From positions 320,001 to 384,000 of the forward strand of contig JBLWTJ010000001.1 in NCBI GenBank assembly GCA_048270185.1: a stretch of DNA of 64,000 nt, written 5' to 3'. Position 1 is the first letter of the stretch. Every line of letters starts with the position of its first letter. Below are positions 59,518 through 64,000 of this stretch, piece after piece. Source of the DNA: Bacteriovoracaceae bacterium. Its GTDB lineage: Bacteria > Bdellovibrionota > Bacteriovoracia > Bacteriovoracales > Bacteriovoracaceae. Below the pieces are notes generated by a model. The model searched no databases and was not told where the DNA came from. It saw nothing but the letters and a program-made list of their open reading frames with translations. Both the position numbers and the translations under genes were made by a program.

Positions 59518-60498
59518 TTACTTATCCTGGCCATCATCGCCAGTGGCAAACATATTGAAATTTAAGACGAGAGGAATCTGCTCTTCTTCCTGACTGGCCT
59601 TAGCAACAATACTCTTAAAATCTTCAAAGAATCTTAGATATAATGAGATGATTTCATCACGAGCTCCTTGAGTAGTCGTGAATACAACAGAACCAAAAGC
59701 ATCACGATTTGTGCGATCATCAAGTTTTTCAAGTGCGCGCTTCAACCAAAACTTACGACTCAACTTCATCTGCTCAGGAGTGCCGCGATCACTTATACGC
59801 ATACTACCAGCGACATAAAGTCCCTTATCGTTTTGCTCAATAAGGCCATTATTAAGGGCCATCTCTAAGATCTCGTGAACTTCATTTATTTCAAGTCCAG
59901 AAACCGTCGCAAGGAAGCTATCTTGATGAAAGCTTAATTTTTTATAACCAGGTAAATCGAGACAAATTAAGATGAGTCCGATATTTGGATTAGCAAAGTA
60001 GTTTTTAGCTATCGCCACTCTCTTTTCATTATGTGAGTCTAAGTGAGGAATCGATGCTCCTTTATTCATTTCATAAACAAGGGCCAATGAATCCATATCA
60101 TCAAGGCCAAAAGTGATTTGTAAGAAATCATTTAAAGTTAAGGCCGTATCATTCTTTTTTAAGCGACGAAGTTTTGTAACAGCTATTCCACATGAGTTAG
60201 AAATATCCGAAAGTTTTTTTGAACTAAAGAAATGTGAAAGTAATTTTTCAGTGTTTGATAATTCAAGATCATAACGGAAATAAGATATGAATATCTGTGC
60301 TAGATCAATTCTAAAGATATTACACAGACTAATGAAATCGTGCCAAGATGCCTTGGCATGGCCTTTTTCCCAGCGATGGACAACATTTGAAGAAGAGTTA
60401 AGCCGTTGGTTGACCCATTCTTGACTCTTGTCGGCCCTAATTGAACGAACTAATTCTTGTGCAAGTAAGTCGTAATCAATTTCTTTTGCGATCCCCAT
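59518..60498 (-). CDS. HTH-containing DUF4423/TIGR02147-like regulator
   Basis: N-terminal XRE-like HTH (SQ..V...L...VHRWEKG), a winged-helix region and a C-terminal 'LNFNMF' as in this family. Confidence 0.65.
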   Translation of the reverse strand: MGIAKEIDYDLLAQELVRSIRADKSQEWVNQRLNSSSNVVHRWEKGHAKASWHDFISLCNIFRIDLAQIFISYFRYDLELSNTEKLLSHFFSSKKLSDISNSCGIAVTKLRRLKKNDTALTLNDFLQITFGLDDMDSLALVYEMNKGASIPHLDSHNEKRVAIAKNYFANPNIGLILICLDLPGYKKLSFHQDSFLATVSGLEINEVHEILEMALNNGLIEQNDKGLYVAGSMRISDRGTPEQMKLSRKFWLKRALEKLDDRTNRDAFGSVVFTTTQGARDEIISLYLRFFEDFKSIVAKASQEEEQIPLVLNFNMFATGDDGQDK

Positions 60499-60503
60499 AT
60501 TTA

Positions 60504-62048
60504 CTATGCCCCTGTTTTATATGATGGGTATATATCTTCATAGGAGTGAATTCCATGATTGGAGTCTCTTTTGTATATATCCTTTCTTTTAAGTCCATTT
60601 ACATTATCGTAACCTGCGGCCGCAACAATTTCCCTTACTGCCTCAAGAGTAGCGTGATGGAAGTTTGCAACTCTCCTTGATTTTTGTTCGACATTAAGGC
60701 CTTTAATCAAGTCATTACTCTGAGTAGCTATCCCAGCTGGGCAGTGATTAGTATTACAAATCAATGCCTGAATACAACCAAGAGCTAGCATCATTGAGCG
60801 GGCACCGTAGCATGCATCAGCACCAAGGGCCAAGGCCTTGACGATATCAAATCCAGTAAAGATCTTCCCTGATGCGATAAGTTTAATCTCATCTTTAAGT
60901 CCATACTCTTCTAAAATATTTTTTGCACTAGTAAGGCCTTCAACTAATGGTGTTCCGATTGAATCAGAAAATTCAAGAGGAGCAGCTCCTGTTCCTCCTT
61001 CACCACCATCAATAGCAATAAAGTCAGGGTAATTATCTCTGTCTTTAAAGACTTGTACCATTTCAATAAACTCATCTCTTCGGCCATAACAAAGCTTAAT
61101 TCCAATAGGCTTTCCACCAGAAAGTTCACGAAGTTTAATGATGAAATCAACCATCTCATCAGCATTCTTAAATTCTTTATGAGAAGGAGGTGAAGCGACT
61201 TCAGTTCCAGCTTTGATATCACGAATACGGGCTATCTCTTCAGTATTCTTTCCAGCAGGAAGGATACCGCCATGACCAGGCTTGGCCCCTTGAGAAAGTT
61301 TAACTTCAATCATCTTAACTTGATCATCACAGGCCTTTTGTTTAAAAGTCTCAGGATTGAAGGTTCCATCGTGATTTCTCGCGCCAAAATATCCTGTCCC
61401 GATTTGCCAAATTAGATCCCCTCCACCGGCACGATGGTGATCACTGATTCCACCTTCTCCAGTGTTATGGGCGAAATTATCAAGCTTTGCGCCTTTGTTA
61501 AGAGCGTGAATAGCGCGTCCACTTAGGGCCCCAAAGCTCATGGCCGAAATATTAAAAATTGAAGCATCGTATTTCTTTGTACAATGTTTACTTCCAATTA
61601 AAACTCTAAGATCTTTACTGACCTCATCGAACTCTTTCGGGTACATTGAATGGTTTATCCATTCGTAACCAGTTGCATAGACGTCTTTTTGTGTTCCAAA
61701 TGGTTTTGTACTAAGTGCAAGCTTTGCTCTTTGATAAATGACATTACGAGATGTTCTTGGAATAGGAGTTCCATCAGTATCACTTTCAATAAAGTATTGA
61801 TAAATTTTTGGACGTAGGTCCTCCATAATATAGCGAAAACGACCAACCACAGGGAAGTTACTCTTTAATGTATGTTCCGTTTGCATTAAATCAAAGAATC
61901 CAAGAAGATAAATTGGAACTAAAATCAAATATTGATAGTAGAAGAATTTAGCAAATAATTCTCCAGCGAAAATTGTGGCAATATTTGTGATTATAAAAAA
62001 TATCCAAAAAATTTTTCTAGGACTTGCATCGCGACCAAGATAGGCCAT
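60504..62048 (-). CDS. FMN-binding glutamate synthase family protein
   Basis: ISAMSFGALS, NTGEGG, WQIGTGYFG, IEVKLSQGAKPGHGG, DGGEGGTGAAP, CX5CX4C; start 62048 with RBS GAGGTG. Confidence 0.92.
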   Translation of the reverse strand: MAYLGRDASPRKIFWIFFIITNIATIFAGELFAKFFYYQYLILVPIYLLGFFDLMQTEHTLKSNFPVVGRFRYIMEDLRPKIYQYFIESDTDGTPIPRTSRNVIYQRAKLALSTKPFGTQKDVYATGYEWINHSMYPKEFDEVSKDLRVLIGSKHCTKKYDASIFNISAMSFGALSGRAIHALNKGAKLDNFAHNTGEGGISDHHRAGGGDLIWQIGTGYFGARNHDGTFNPETFKQKACDDQVKMIEVKLSQGAKPGHGGILPAGKNTEEIARIRDIKAGTEVASPPSHKEFKNADEMVDFIIKLRELSGGKPIGIKLCYGRRDEFIEMVQVFKDRDNYPDFIAIDGGEGGTGAAPLEFSDSIGTPLVEGLTSAKNILEEYGLKDEIKLIASGKIFTGFDIVKALALGADACYGARSMMLALGCIQALICNTNHCPAGIATQSNDLIKGLNVEQKSRRVANFHHATLEAVREIVAAAGYDNVNGLKRKDIYKRDSNHGIHSYEDIYPSYKTGA

Positions 62049-62101
62049 ATTCACCTCGCATAATAAATAATTTGCATTGTATTTCTCATTATATACCCTA
62101 C

Positions 62102-62128
62102 TTATCGTCAACATTTACATTTGTTTTA
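62102..62128 (-). promoter_or_regulatory. sigma28-like promoter
   Basis: TAAA-N15-GACGATAA. Confidence 0.4.
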
Positions 62129-62196
62129 CAATGATCTTGTTTCGGCCTTGCTAAAATTTAATAAGAAATTATTAACGCCACACAAGCGAGACTTTT

Positions 62197-63060
62197 ATGT
62201 GTAACAAGAGCTATTCACTAAAGAATTTAAATAAAACAAACACGGCCTTCATCCTTCTAACACCGGTTGTAGCAATTGCAGGGACACTTGCATGGCTTAA
62301 AGTTGACGGTTTTGATTGGAAGATCATGGCCCTTGCCCTTGCCTTCAATATTGCAACGGGACTGGGAATTACAATGGGCTATCACCGCCTATTCTCACAC
62401 CGTTCTTATCAAGCAAGTTGGCCAGTAAGACTAATCCTGCTTATTTTTGGAGCAGGTGCCGTTCAGAATTCGGCCCTAAAATGGTGTAACGATCACAGAG
62501 TTCATCATGGAAAAGTTGATACAGAACTTGACCCTTATAATATTAATGAAGGATTCTTCTATGCACACATGGGTTGGATTCTTTTGGCAGAAGAAGTAAA
62601 GGACTATAAGTACTCAAAGGATCTCTTAAAAGACCCAATGGTTTTATTCCAGCACAAATTCTATCTACCAATTGTTATCCTATTTAGCTTCCTTCTACCA
62701 GCGTATTTAGGACATGTTATTGCAGGTTCTTGGCTGGGCGGACTATTTGTTGCAGGATTTGCAAGAGTTGTCTTTGTCCACCACTGCACATTCTTTATCA
62801 ATTCACTATGCCACGTTATCGGTAATCGTCCATACGATAAGAAACAAACAGCACGTGATAGCTGGATTATGGCCATCTTCACATTTGGAGAGGGTTACCA
62901 TAATTTTCACCACACTTTCCAAGCAGATTACCGCAATGGAATAAAATGGTACCACTTTGATCCAGGCAAGTGGCTAATCAGAACACTAAGCTTTACTGGA
63001 CTTGCGTGGAATTTAAAGCGTACAAGACCAGAATTGATTAGGGCAAAACTCCAGGCCTAA
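62197..63060 (+). CDS. acyl-CoA delta-9 desaturase
   Basis: His boxes HRLFSH, HRVHH, HNFHH; INSLCH; GEGYHN. Confidence 0.93.
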   Translation: MCNKSYSLKNLNKTNTAFILLTPVVAIAGTLAWLKVDGFDWKIMALALAFNIATGLGITMGYHRLFSHRSYQASWPVRLILLIFGAGAVQNSALKWCNDHRVHHGKVDTELDPYNINEGFFYAHMGWILLAEEVKDYKYSKDLLKDPMVLFQHKFYLPIVILFSFLLPAYLGHVIAGSWLGGLFVAGFARVVFVHHCTFFINSLCHVIGNRPYDKKQTARDSWIMAIFTFGEGYHNFHHTFQADYRNGIKWYHFDPGKWLIRTLSFTGLAWNLKRTRPELIRAKLQA

Positions 63061-63075
63061 TTCCTAATAAACACT

Positions 63076-63108
63076 AAGGCGTGCCTGTTTGCGAGCACGC
63101 CTTTTTTT
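63076..63108 (+). terminator. rho-independent terminator
   Basis: AAGGCGTGC-N10-GCACGCCTT followed by a T run. Confidence 0.8.
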
Positions 63109-63150
63109 CCTCATCTTACCCCCTATAAAATTCTAAGTTAAAATGAATTC

Positions 63151-64000
63151 ATGTTTTTACTTAAGCAAGAAGACTGTGGACATAGTTTTAATCTGGATGA
63201 AGAATTCTTTGAAAACTTCACCTCAATTCATACACGCAAGTCCTATTTGAATGATATCAATCAATTCTTAGCTTGGATTGAAGACTATTATAAAATTAAC
63301 GCATTTGACGATATTGAAAGAATCCATGTCATCAAGTATCGAAACTACTTAAGTGAGTTTGGAGGCCATAATCAAAATGCTTCCACTCCAAAAACAATTA
63401 ACCGAAAACTTGCAAGTCTTAGTGCTTTTTTTAAATACCTTGTTGAAAAAAATCATCTTAAGGCCAACCCTGTATCCAGTGTTAGACGTCCACGTAGTGA
63501 GGTTAAATCCCCAACAAATGCCTTAAATAAAGAACAAGTGTTGGATCTCTTCTATCACATGGGGCAAAACCAAAATAGCAAGTATCTTCACCTTGCCCTC
63601 TTTGTTACTTTCTTTACAACAGGACTAAGAAAGAGCGAGATTTTAAATTTACGTTTTAAAGATTACCAAAAGCAAGGTGCAAATATGGTTTTGCAATATC
63701 GTGCCAAGGGTGGAAAGCTTGGAAAGAAGTTTTTAAATCCAGTAGCAGTTAAGGCCATCGAAGAATATATTGATTGGATGAATGAGAATAAACGTGAAAC
63801 CGGAGATAACGATTGGCTATTCCAACCAACACGTAATCCAAGTGATCCCCAAAATTTAAATAAACCACTTAATCCAAGAACAATTAACGAACTCCTTGAT
63901 CGTTATGCAAAGAAAGCTGGTATAGGCTTTAAAATCACTCCTCACTCTGCCAGAGCAACTTTCATTGGCGAGCTTCTTGAAATCGGTGTTGATATATACA
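63151..64000 (+). CDS. tyrosine recombinase 2 (3'-truncated; absent from the ORF track)
   Basis: Manual translation: MFLLKQEDCG...SIHTRKSYLNDI...TINRKLASLSAFFKYL...GLRKSEI...RAKGGK...ITPHSARATFIGELL; open to the window end. Confidence 0.92.
   Translation, partial: MFLLKQEDCGHSFNLDEEFFENFTSIHTRKSYLNDINQFLAWIEDYYKINAFDDIERIHVIKYRNYLSEFGGHNQNASTPKTINRKLASLSAFFKYLVEKNHLKANPVSSVRRPRSEVKSPTNALNKEQVLDLFYHMGQNQNSKYLHLALFVTFFTTGLRKSEILNLRFKDYQKQGANMVLQYRAKGGKLGKKFLNPVAVKAIEEYIDWMNENKRETGDNDWLFQPTRNPSDPQNLNKPLNPRTINELLDRYAKKAGIGFKITPHSARATFIGELLEIGVDIY

Noticed and set aside
1..64000. GC-skew switch near 18 kb indicating the replication terminus
   Set aside because: Spot counts by eye were suggestive but inconsistent; it cannot be claimed without computing cumulative skew.

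Overview
AT-rich bacterial chromosomal window. Gene content suggests a predatory Bdellovibrionota, most likely Halobacteriovorax/Bacteriovorax-like (inference): many orphan secreted proteins and Zn-peptidases, a DUF4423/TIGR02147-like regulator, and sigma28-like and sigma54 promoters. It opens with a lysine-riboswitch-controlled operon (lysC-dapB-dapA-dapD-PLP decarboxylase), divergent from asd plus a 2OG-Fe(II) dioxygenase. An accessory-looking tract follows, with secreted proteins, a DUF285 repeat lipoprotein, a VTC/DUF4956 pair, a P450/GT9/aminotransferase/radical SAM/GT-C cluster, a subtilase and a 1704-aa beta-rich protein. The window ends with mostly housekeeping genes. The most striking unexplained structure is two perfect inverted repeats with Xer/dif geometry (arm ending ATAA, 6-bp spacer, arm starting TTAT) at 17740-17767 and 21712-21745. 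They occur with two paralogous, non-canonical tyrosine recombinases (20003-21019, and 63151 to the window end, which the ORF track missed). One palindrome lies just upstream of the first recombinase operon, and a 13/14 copy of the other palindrome's arm lies just upstream of the second recombinase. Other highlights are a 'LysA' with BtrK/SbnH-type motifs in an operon lacking dapC/dapE/dapF, strong GGCC over-representation, and sigma28-like promoters with near-leaderless transcripts. No rRNA, tRNA, CRISPR array or IS transposase was seen. All calls are by eye from motifs; no database searches were run.
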